Source: the human T2T-CHM13v2.0 reference genome, Homo sapiens | Assembly: GCF_009914755.1 (NCBI RefSeq) | Contig: NC_060928.1 | Direction: 5' to 3' (one strand) | Length of the DNA: 64,000 bases | Part shown: in pieces, positions 1-10,230 of the stretch | Position numbering within the stretch: position 1 is the first letter of the stretch | How the letters are laid out: each line of letters begins with the position of its first letter | Made by a program: the position numbers and the translations under genes | Notes under the pieces: model-generated | What the model was told of the DNA's origin: nothing | Databases searched by the model: none | The model's input: the letters and a program-made list of their open reading frames with translations, nothing else

Positions 1-4
1 TCTG
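1..4 (+). CDS. SORCS2: Possible last 4 nt of the upstream exon 5 (..TC TG|gtgaga)
   Basis: TG plus the first G of the exon at 7259 gives Trp, fitting ...VFW-SVSG. The motif is repeated at 46-55, so this copy may be an intronic duplicate of a donor upstream of the window. Confidence 0.45.
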
Positions 5-999
5 GTGAGAGCACTTCCCCACCCCAAACCCATGGGGCCCGCAGCTCTGGTGAGAGCACTTCCCCCAAACCCTTGGGAGCCCATCCCTGCAGCTCCCTTT
101 CCTCCTCTGGACCCTCCCCATCCCGGGGCTGGGTCCCCACCGTCCACTGCCTCTGCCTGCAGCCCCACACCCTCCTCATCCCAGGGGAACCCGCAGTCGT
201 TCTTCCTGCTCCGCATTGGGTGGTATCAGAAATCGTAGAGTCCAGGGGTTGGTGTCCCTCAGGCCACGTTTTTACCCATGAACCAGCTATGTGGCCCTGT
301 GCCACTGCTGTTCCCTCCCCGAGCCTCACAGCATCCCCAGTGGAGAGAGGTGCTGATGTACACATGTCCCCAGCGCAGCACCCGGCCCACCACTCCGCAC
401 TCCCTGCCCGACCCCAGGCCCTGACTCAGCCCCTGACTGACAGACCCCGTGGGTGCCGACCCGGCCTGCCTCAGCCCTGCTCTCCTGCTTATCCACACCT
501 GGGCCCCCCTTCCACTGCTCAGCCTGTCACCCTTCCCAGCCCCTACTGGGTGCCAATGAGCAGGATAAGTTTGGGGTTGTACCCCAGACAAGCCCCCACC
601 CTGGCCTCCTGAGGAGCCAGACCCGAGAAAGGAGGCTCCTGTCCCAGGCAGAGGGCCACTGGGGGCCCCTGTGTTCCGATGGTGGGTACCAGCCACTCGA
701 GTGCATCCTCAGGGGAGCCTCTCAGTGTGCCCCCTGAGCACCCCAGCCTCACTGCACGGGGGGCACTCGGCTTTCCTTGAGAAATGTCTGTGGGATGCAT
801 CTATGAGGGCTGTGGAGGATGAGGGCTTGCCCAGGGTCTTAGGCAGCAGCATGGGGCCAGGAGCCAGTGCAGCCGTTCAGAACTCAGGCCTGCCTCTCTC
901 CTGCTGGGGCCATATCCCGTCCTTCTGGTCACACTGCCTTTCATGTTACACCGCTCCTTGATGTGCTGATTCCATGGCATTCCTCTTTCTTGTGCGTGT

Positions 1000-1024
1000 A
1001 CACACACACACACACACACACACA
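1000..1024. repeat. (CA)n microsatellite, about 12 units
   Basis: Direct reading of acacacac... Confidence 0.95.
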
Positions 1025-3022
1025 GTGCTAGCCTTTCTCTTTCTTATCCCACGTGTGGAACAGACCATTGCACGGGCCTCCTGCGCAGGCCACAGCCTGG
1101 TCTCCGCAACAGAAAAACACACGGAAAGGGCTTCCTACCCGTCCCGAGGGCTCAGGGCTGGAAGGGGAGCCCGGGCTATCAGCCCTACACACACTCTCTT
1201 GCCCCCTCAGCCTTCCGTTCCAAAGCTCCAATTAAAAACAATATTATTAAGAGGTTCAAGTTGGCGGCTGCAGAGTGGGCAAGGGCCCTTCGTAATGTCA
1301 CGCTGACCGTGGCAGGAGACTGGCGTCCTGGCCACCCCACAGGCTGAAGGAAGCCTTTTTCCTCTGGAATGCCGATGGCTGGTGTACACGCCGTTGGCTC
1401 ATGGGGAGAGGCGACGGCCGTCTGTCTGCGGATTGCCCACGGGAGGGCCCGGTTCCTCCCTCGGAAACCAGAGCACAGCCATCCATCACTGGCCTTGTCA
1501 TTGCTGTCAACTGTCAGCAGCCAGAGCTGCCCTGCCTGGGCCTGAGCGCTCGCAGAGGTGGGGAGCAGAGCCAGGAGGTGCGATTTCTGAGCCAGGTCGC
1601 TCTGGGGGATTGGTAGAGCTCTGTTCACTCCCGGGCCAGGCCGGGCTCATGGACAGCTCTCCAGCCAGAGAAAGAAACCGACCCACAGCGCCCAGAGGGA
1701 AATTGGCGATAATTCAAACGTGTTATTATCTCAGGCAAATCAAATTGTTTCCTCCCCCAAGTTTCCCTGCTGTTACTCGAGGGAATCACAGCAGACACTG
1801 ACCACCACGGCCCCGGCCCTGGGATCTCTCCTGGAGCGTGGTGACAGCGGTGGGGATATCTCCCCTCCCCTTGTAAGCGGTGAATAATGCTGTTTTGACA
1901 GCATTTCCAAGGAGCTCTTTGTCCTTGAACTGACAGCGGGAATTGCCAAAGCCCCGTGTTCTGTCTGAAGCTCAGACTCATTAACGTTTTGTGAAGCTAC
2001 ACAGCAAGCAAGCTCATTAGAGTGGCCTGCAAGCGAGAGGGAGCAGCCCCAGGTGCCCTGATACCTGCTGCCTCCTGGGCAGGGCCGCGGGTACCCGCCC
2101 CCCACCCTGCCCTCAGTGTCTCCACGCCCCAGAACAGAATCATAACAGCAGCTGCCCCGCAGCCATCCTGCTTTGAATACTGAGTGTCCGCTGGGCAGCA
2201 CGTGGAGGCTCTGAGTGCACCATTCCACGGCATCCCCACAGCAGCCCATGCGGGTCTCCCTCATGTCACAGGGAAGAACTGAGGCTCGGGCACGCATTCT
2301 AGGTCTCATGTCACAGGAGGGAACTGAGGCTTGGATAGGCTCGGGCCCACATTCTAAGTCCTGCTGCCCCCAAGCTGTGGCCCTGAGACTCGGTCCACCT
2401 CTGGCTGTGGCCAGGGCCCTTGCCCACTCTGCTGGGTGGTCTGGCCGCTTGGGCTTCACCGGGTGTTCCTGCATCTGCCTCCTTGCTCAGCCCCACGCTC
2501 ACCCAGGGAAAGCCTCAGCCTTCCTCTCCATTCGCTCCAGGCCTGGCCCTGGTGCAGGGCATGGGGGTGGCAGGGCCTCTGTCCATAGAAGGAAGAGGTG
2601 GAGGTCTCCCCACTACAGCCTTGATGATCACACCTTTCTGGGCTTAACAGAACCATTTGCACTGGAGCTGCCCTCAGCACAAATGGGGTGAAAGTCAGTT
2701 CCCACCTCCCCAAAACACTCACTCCCTGAGGGCCGCCTGCCCCCGGCCAGCTCACTGGCCTGCCATTTCTAAGCAGTGGAGACCTCAACAAGCAAGAAGT
2801 CCTGTGTGTCAGGCTTGCCATTTCCTGCGGGGAGTGGGGCTTTATCTGAGTTGTTAGAAATACGGTCTAACAGAGTCTTCAAAACCTATGACTGAGGGGC
2901 CTGGAGCAGGCACCAGGCCTCAGGCCACCTGTACACCGGTGTCTAGCCCAGGGCCTTCGCCAGTACACTGAGAAATGGCTGTGGGAAGTGCTCAGAGCAA
3001 GAGACTAAAGGAACAAACGTGG

Positions 3023-4144
3023 TAAATAAATGAATTTATAGGGTGAGTGACTCAGGAAATGAATGAGTAAATGGCTCAGTGAGTGATGAGTTAGGTAATG
3101 AATGAATGAGTGAATAAATGAGTGAATGAGTAGGTGAGTGAGTGAATGAGTGAATGAGTAACAACTGAGTGAGTAAATGGATGAGTAAATAACTGAGTGT
3201 GTGATTGAGTGAGGGAATGAACGAGTGAATGACTGAGTGGTGAGTTAGGTAATAAATGAGTGAATAAATGAGTAGGTGAGTCAATGAATGAATGAGTAAA
3301 TGAATGAGTAAATAGCTGAGTGTGATTGAGTGAAAGAATGAATGAGTGAATGAATGAGTGAGCAAGTAACTGACTGAATGAATGAATGAGCGGGTGAGTG
3401 AGTGGGTGAGTGAGTCACTGAATGAGTTAGTGAGTGAGTGAATGAGTGACTGAGTGAATGAGTAATTAGTGAATGAGTGACTGAGTCTGTGATTGAGTGA
3501 ATGAGTGAGTAGCTGAGTGAGTGAGTCTGTGACTGTGAGTGAATGAGTGAGTGAGTGGCTGAGTGAGTGAGTCTGTGACTGGGTGAGTGAATGAGTGAGT
3601 GAGTGAATGAGTGAGTGGGTGAGTCTGTGACTGAGTGAGTGAGTGAATGAGTAAGTGAATGAGTGAGTGAGTCACTGAGTGAATGAGTGAGTGAGTGAAT
3701 GAGTGAGTCTATGGTTGAGTGAGTGAATAAGTGACCGAGTGAGTGGACGAGTGATTAGTGAATGAGTGACTGAGTGAGTCTGTGATTGAGTGAATGAGGG
3801 GCTGAGTGGCTGAGTGAGCGAGTCTGTGACTGAGTGAGTGAATGAGTGAGTCTGATTGAGCAAATGAGTGACTGAGTGAGTGAATGAATGAGCGAGTGGG
3901 TAAGTGAGTGAGTCGGTGATTGAGTGACTGAGTGAGTGACTGAGTGAGTGACTGAGTGGGTGAGTGAGTGAGTCTGTGATTGACTGAGTGGTTAAATGAA
4001 TAAGTGAGTCTGTGACTGAGTAAGTGAATGAGTGACTGAGAGAATGAGTGAGTGAGTGAATGAGTCTGTGATTGAGCAAGTGAATGAGTGAGTGGGTGAG
4101 TGAGTGAGTCTGTGACTGGGTGAGTGGGTGAATGAATGAGTGAG
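3023..4144. repeat. Degenerate (TGAG/TGAA)n tetranucleotide array, about 1.1 kb
   Basis: Continuous gagtgagtgaatgagt variants; explains the THSL/IHSF-rich ORFs. Confidence 0.95.
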
Positions 4145-5729
4145 GGCAGAGGGAGCCTGTGCCCCAGGTGTCATTGCCCCTCTTCACAGATGATGGATGA
4201 TGAGGCTAAAATTCTGTATTGCTGGTGGAGGGCCTGCTGCTGAAGGGAACAATGCCTGTCTGTATTCAGGAGAGAGCAATGTCAGGCCTGAGACCTCCTT
4301 TCCAAGGAGCTTACAAATGGTCTATTCACAAAAGCCGAAATCAACACTCCACCTTGAAAGGGAGAGCTCTTTAACTAGGGTCAAAATGATTGATGCTGGT
4401 GCCCCTGTGTTTGAAATCTCAATAGACTACAGGGGAGTCCCAGCTGGCTCCTGCCACATGGCACATATGTGGGGTCTGTGCCACTCAAACCCATTTATGG
4501 ATTTCCCCTGTCCACCTGGGGCCACTTGGGTAGACCTGGTCCCTGGAGAAGGTGAGGCAAATGGGGATCCTGGTGCCAGGCAGGTTGGGAGGAAGGTTGG
4601 GAACCGAACGGGGCCAAGTCTGGATGGGAAACTGTCAGTGGTGGGGAGAGGCCATGGGGGACTGGGCACTGTGCCTGAGACATCTCAACCACTTGCAAGC
4701 AGGCTATGTGGGTGCTCCTGCCCCCAACGCTGAGTGGCCACTGATACCAGGAAGTGACTTCCTCATCTTGAGGCTCAGTTTGCTCTTGGGCAGTGTCCAT
4801 GAGAGGGACTGGTGTGGTAAATGGATAAGCGGCTTTAACAGTCATATTAGTTGGAATGTGTGTGATAACAAACATGACCAGCCACCAAATCCAGGAGTTC
4901 CCAGGGAGTCTTGCTTTGCAGAAGGCTAAAGCAGGTGGAAGTTTTCAGTGTGAAGAAAGTGGCAGGTAGATGACAGTTCAGTGGGCACATGGAGATGGTG
5001 AAATCTGGGAGATGGGATGCGGTGCTTGGTTTGAGAAACCCTGGACCAGGTCCTCACTAAGGTTCCTTTCATCAAAAAAAAAAAAGAAAAAAAAAAAATC
5101 CGTACTCCCCTCCTGGGAGCCAGGCCCAACACTGGGCATATATTGAATATGACACCAAAATTGGACTCCATCCCTGCCTTCCCTGGAGGACCAGCGTATG
5201 AAGCCGTGACCCTAGGACATGTCTTCTGTCCCGTCTCAGGCCTCATTCCAGGTGCTTCATAGGCTTGGCCCCTCACAGAACCCCTGTGAGCCAGGTGGTG
5301 AATGGATGGGTGGATGTCCCTCAAAGGCGAGGCTTTCAGACTTGCCAACCCTGAGCAGCAGCCTTTGCCCTGTCATTGCTGCCTCTGCAGCACTGAGAGG
5401 ACGAGTACTGCATAAATTCAAGGCAGAATTGGTGCCAGAGTACTTACTGGAAAAGCCAGGAGAGAGTGTCCAAGAGGGCAAGCGAGGCTTTCCACCTCCA
5501 GCCAGCCCCATGCAGGTGGGCAGTCTGTGAGAGCACAGGGAAGAGCCTTGGACAAAGGGGCCAGGGCACATGTAGACTCCAGCTGAGACCCTGGACTGAG
5601 GGTGGGGCAGCTGTACTTCTCCCCCCCACCACTGTCCCTTCACTGTATTATTTGGTACGCAATGCTGTGCATAGCTAGGAAACAACCTGTGTGATGAAAA
5701 GATGTTGCTTTGGAAATGACAGAACCTGG

Positions 5730-5900
5730 GTAGTGGATCTTGCTCTACTAGCTTTATGAGCTTTGATCTGTTTTCACCTGTCTGGGCCTTGGTTTCCTCG
5801 TCTGTAAAATGGGTATAATCAAACCATTCGGGATCATTCAAGATAAGTATGATAAGGCAACTAGAGCACCTAGGACGTTCCCTGTACCTGAGCACCTGCC
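5730..5900 (+). mobile_element. MIR SINE relic
   Basis: MIR core-like tctgggccttggtttcctcgtctgtaaaatgggtataat. Confidence 0.65.
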
Positions 5901-6764
5901 ACCAAATGGAGGTATTAAATGAGTTCAAGTGACATGCTGTGTGCAGCACAGACTCAGGACCTGGCTTTTGCCTCTCAAGACAGAAGCTTCCTCCCTCTCC
6001 TCCTGCCCAGTTAAAGACTTCGCCCAGCAGGGCAATGAAACGGGGAGGGGAGTCAGACAGGGATGAGGTGTGGGTGGATTGAGGGTGGAGTGGGAGAACC
6101 ACAGCCCCCGCCTGAGTGTCCTGACCCAGGAGCCCACAGGGCAGCTACAGTGTCTCCTTTATCTCTGTCCCCAAGGCCCGCAGCGGGCCTTGGACACCGT
6201 AGGTTTGTCCCACTGGGCTCTTAGAGATATCTATGGAACTCAGCCACTTGGCAAAACTCCTGCATTTCCTTCACGGCTTCTCTGAAGCTGGGACCACCCC
6301 CAAAGGAGGCAGAGTCCCATAACAGATGGGACATCTAGACTCGTGGTATTAGGAGAAGGCCTTGGTTGTGAGCAGGGCAGTGTGTGCGGTCTGAGGAGAG
6401 CATGCATTTTGGGATCCAGCAGACCTGGGCAGGAGCCTGAGACTGCCCTGGTCTGAGCCATGTTGCCTCAGGCAAGTCACAGACCCGTTCTGTCCCTAGT
6501 GGGGTCACCTATGAATGCAGATGAAGGCACCTACCTCACAATGTACAGTCCAGGCCCATGTGTGGGGACAGCCTGGTGCAAACTGTCGAGTGATGGGGTA
6601 GGGGGTGCATTCCTCTTGCTGGAGCCTTCGCCACCTCACGAAAGGATTCAGGCAAATCCCTGGAGGCAGCACCAGGGGGAGGGCTGATGGCTGAGAGAGG
6701 AATCTTCCCAAGGCCACACTTGACCAGGTCATGGGGAGCAGGAGACGGAGCAACAGCTCAGGTG

Positions 6765-6870
6765 AGCCTGGCTTGAATCACAGGTCAGCCCTTAGCACTG
6801 TATGGCTCTGGGAGAGTCATTTTGCTTCTCTGAGCCACAGTTTCCATATTTATAAAACTAGGATAGGATG
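6765..6870 (+). mobile_element. MIR SINE relic
   Basis: cttctctgagccacagtttccatatttataaaactaggat resembles the MIR core. Confidence 0.6.
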
Positions 6871-7009
6871 GGAGTCCCAGGCCTGCCTGCCTCCTGTAGT
6901 CATTTTAGATGATCAAAATAAAACAAAACAAACAAAAATGAAAAAGCAACGTGAAAGTCTTTTATGAAGAAGAAAGTCTTTTACAAACACTCCCATGGCA
7001 GGAAGAAAC

Positions 7010-7089
7010 CCAACCCCCTCAGCTCACGTAAGGAAGATGCAGAGACTCCAACCCCCTCAGCTCACTCAAGGAAAACGCAGAGACTCCAA
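7010..7089. repeat. 38-bp tandem duplication (2 copies)
   Basis: ccaaccccctcagctcac..aaggaa..gcagagact at 7010 and 7048. Confidence 0.85.
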
Positions 7090-7258
7090 GCACCTCAGGA
7101 GCAGGTGGGGTCCTGGGGTGGTGATGCCCTCCGGACCCACAGAGCAAGGGCGGCTTCAGAACCAGGGAGGCCACGTGGCTGCAGGGAGTGTGGGGAGCTG
7201 CTGGGGGACGGGCATGGTGACTCCATTCCCGACCCCAGCCTCAGCTCTTCTTTTCCAG

Positions 7259-7323
7259 GTCTGTGTCTGGGGTGGACGCTGACCCTGACTTGGTCCACGT
7301 GGAAGCCCAAGACCTCGGTGGAG
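7259..7323 (+). CDS. SORCS2: SORCS2 exon 6 (65 nt), VPS10 domain
   Basis: ttttccag|G TCT GTG... encodes SVSGVDADPDLVHVEAQDLGG; donor GAG|gtaagc. Confidence 0.97.
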
Positions 7324-8684
7324 GTAAGCCGGGCAGTGCACAGGCACCGGGTATCCCTGAGTCACCTCGCACCCGACACAGCTCGGCTGCACGTGTGTTC
7401 AGTCGCTTGTCCGCAATGGCTGGCCCTACACAGCCGGCCTCACTGTGTCTCGATGTGGCATGATTTTAAATGTGCTTGTTTTCCAGCTGGGGAGGAATCG
7501 AAGTCAGGGAGCTCCACTCCAGTGGAAAAGTCTATTAAGGGGGCGATTTGTTCTGGCTCCTGAGCATTGAGTGTTTCCCACTCACTCAGCCCACCACCCC
7601 TGGCATGTGCTAAGTGTGGAGGTGGGGGGCGGGGGTGGGGGCACGGGTGTGCACACCGGACCCAGCCAACTTCCTGCCCAGGGCCGTACATGCTGTGTGA
7701 CAGGAGGGTGCTCTGAGGAGGGCAGAGCAGCTGAATCCCCACAGAGACATCCTCTGTGCAGGATCACCTGAGCCAGGATGTGTCCCCATTAAAACAGAAA
7801 TGCCGGCATCAGCTCCCAGCCCTGCCGCTGGCCAACCTCGGGGCCCGAGGCCAGTCACCCCAGTCTCCTGGCCTGTGAAATGGATAGTGATATGAAATAA
7901 GTGAATGCAGAGTCCTCAACGCGGGGTCATCATGGCCAAGCTTTCGGGGGCAGGGTCAGTTGCTAGGTGTGGCTCCCCACCCTCCCCCCCCTCCCCCACC
8001 CCCACCCTGCCACACTTGGGCAGGCGGGGCCAGTGCTATTACCGTTCTGTGTTGATAACCAGGGCAACAGCTCAGGGGCAGTCCAGGTTTGCCTGGGGTC
8101 ACAAGGTCCCAGCTGGTGCACCTCTCACCACCCCTGCTGGGAATGCTCCTCCCTTTCTGAATTTCTTACCTTTGACCTCAGGCACCCTGCCAGCCACCTC
8201 TGCTGGGCTCCACCATCCCAGCTCTGCACTCTCCAGGGCCTGCAACTCCTTGAGTACCAGTGGGGGCTACTGATCACCTGTGTCCCCAGTAAGGCTGCTG
8301 AATGAATAAGCACCTAGCCAGATGCCAGGGTTGCCCCTGAGTAGCCTACTGGGCAAAACATTGCAAAATAACATGTGCTACAGAGAGAAAGATTCACTGT
8401 CCGCATCACACCACGTTGTCAGGGTTAGCTGTCTGCCCTTTCCAGAGCTTCAGCTGGCCCTGGCTCATGAGCACCCACTGTCCACAGCTCTTTTCAACTC
8501 CATATTCACCAATTTCATCTAGGTGGCTCCTGCATGGCCATGTGGGGTTGTTTATACCACAGAAATTGGCAAGCACTATCATCAGGGCTACTATACCCAG
8601 CGCACAACCCATCAGCCTGAGAGGTGGCCCTGGTCTGTTGTGTTGGCTCCAGGCCTGGAACACTGAGAGCCTGACCATGGTGAG

Positions 8685-9122
8685 ATGGATGAATGAGTGA
8701 GTGATTGAGGGAATGAATGAATGAATAGGTGAGTGAGTGAGTGAGTGAGTGAGCGAGTGAGTGGATGAGTGAGTGGGTGAATGAGTGAATAGGTGTGTGA
8801 GTGAAGGAATGATTGAGTGAAAGAGTGGGTGAATGAGTGAGTGAGTGAGTGAATGAGTAAGTGAATGAGAGAATGAGTGAGTGGGTGAATAAGTGAGTGA
8901 GTAATTGAAAGAGTGAGTGAGTGAATGAGTGATGAGTGAATGAGTGAGTGAGTGAAGAGTGAATGAGTGAGTGAATGAGTGAGTGAAGAGTGAATAAGTG
9001 AGTGAGTGAAGAGTGAATAAGTGAGTGAGTGAATGAATAAGTGAGTGAGTGAATGAGTGACTGAGTGAATGAATGAGTGAGTGAGTGATTGAGTGAGTGA
9101 GTGAGTCAGTCAGTCAGTCAGT
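8685..9122. repeat. Degenerate (TGAG/TGAA)n array ending in (TCAG)n
   Basis: Direct reading. Confidence 0.95.
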
Positions 9123-9467
9123 AGACTGTTGACTGATCCTGCCCCTGAGCTAGTCATTTCACTGCATCTCCAGCCAGGCAGCCCCACTGCAGGAAGTTCA
9201 GTGGTTCAGTGTTGAGTGCCGGGCACACCAGTCAGTTTCAAGGGAACATGGATGTGGCTCAGGAGGGCTTGGCAGTGGCCTGGTGCTGCTGCCCACGTAC
9301 CCTCTGTGTACACTGCCTTCTGCCTCCTCTGAACAGACCGGGCAGGTGGGCCCACCCCATTGTTCAGTGCAGAAACCTGAGGCTGAGCTTAGGGGTGGGC
9401 TTTTCTGGTTTCTAAACGTCTTCCCTTAACCATTCTCCATGCTGCCGGGTCACCCAAGGCTGGGGGC

Positions 9468-9512
9468 AGGAGGAGGAGGAAAAGGAAGAGGAGGAAGAGG
9501 AGGAGGAGGAGG
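9468..9512. repeat. (GAG/GAA)n purine tract
   Basis: aggaggaggaggaaaaggaagaggaggaagaggaggaggagg. Confidence 0.9.
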
Positions 9513-10111
9513 CACCCTTCCCTTGGTCCCCTTGGATAAATCTTCCTCCTGGCTCACAAGCTGGAACGCAGAGCTTCCTGAGGCCTCCAGGATCTAGCCC
9601 CTCCACATAAATTTGCCCCGGGGAAACAGAAGAACTTCAAATTAGCAGCTCCCTGACAAAGCATGCATTCAGTATTGCTCAACCATAAATATTTGGAAAA
9701 GGGTAGAAGCAGTTGCTTAAAATTTGGGGGAAAAGAACCCTTGAGCCCCACCCGCCCCCATCCCTGCTTAGGTGTGAGAGACTTCAGGAGGGTATGGGGG
9801 CCGTGCATGTCTGGGTGTGGCGAGGTACCCACCGTCGCCTGTGCTGACCCCTCCTGCAGGGGATGGCAGGCTCCAGAGTAGCACGAACACCTTCCTGAGG
9901 GTTGAAGGAGCTCGTGTCAGAGTGCAGGTGGCCCACAGTGAGCGAGGATGACACCCTCAGCCGCAGGTGTCATCACAGTGGCCTTTAGAATTCAAGCCCA
10001 TGAAGCCACACCACAGCGGTATTGGAGGAAGATGGAGTCCAGCACATGTCTCGGGCCGTCTCTGGCTCCGGCTGGAGTCTGACCGCCTGGGTCGGCGCCT
10101 CTCTCCTGTAG

Positions 10112-10230
10112 ATTTTCGGTACGTCACCTGCGCAATCCACAATTGCTCCGAGAAGATGCTGACAGCCCCATTCGCAGGCCCCATTGACCACGGGTCTCTG
10201 ACCGTGCAGGACGATTACATCTTCTTTAAG
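10112..10230 (+). CDS. SORCS2: SORCS2 exon 7 (119 nt)
   Basis: ctcctgtag|AT TTT; encodes DFRYVTCAIHNCSEKMLTAPFAGPIDHGSLTVQDDYIFFK; donor AAG|gtaagg. Confidence 0.98.

Noticed and set aside
9967-10111. Open frame with ATG at 10000 continuous with exon 7 (possible alternative first exon)
   Set aside because: No promoter evidence or signal-peptide character; open frames of this length are common in GC-rich DNA.
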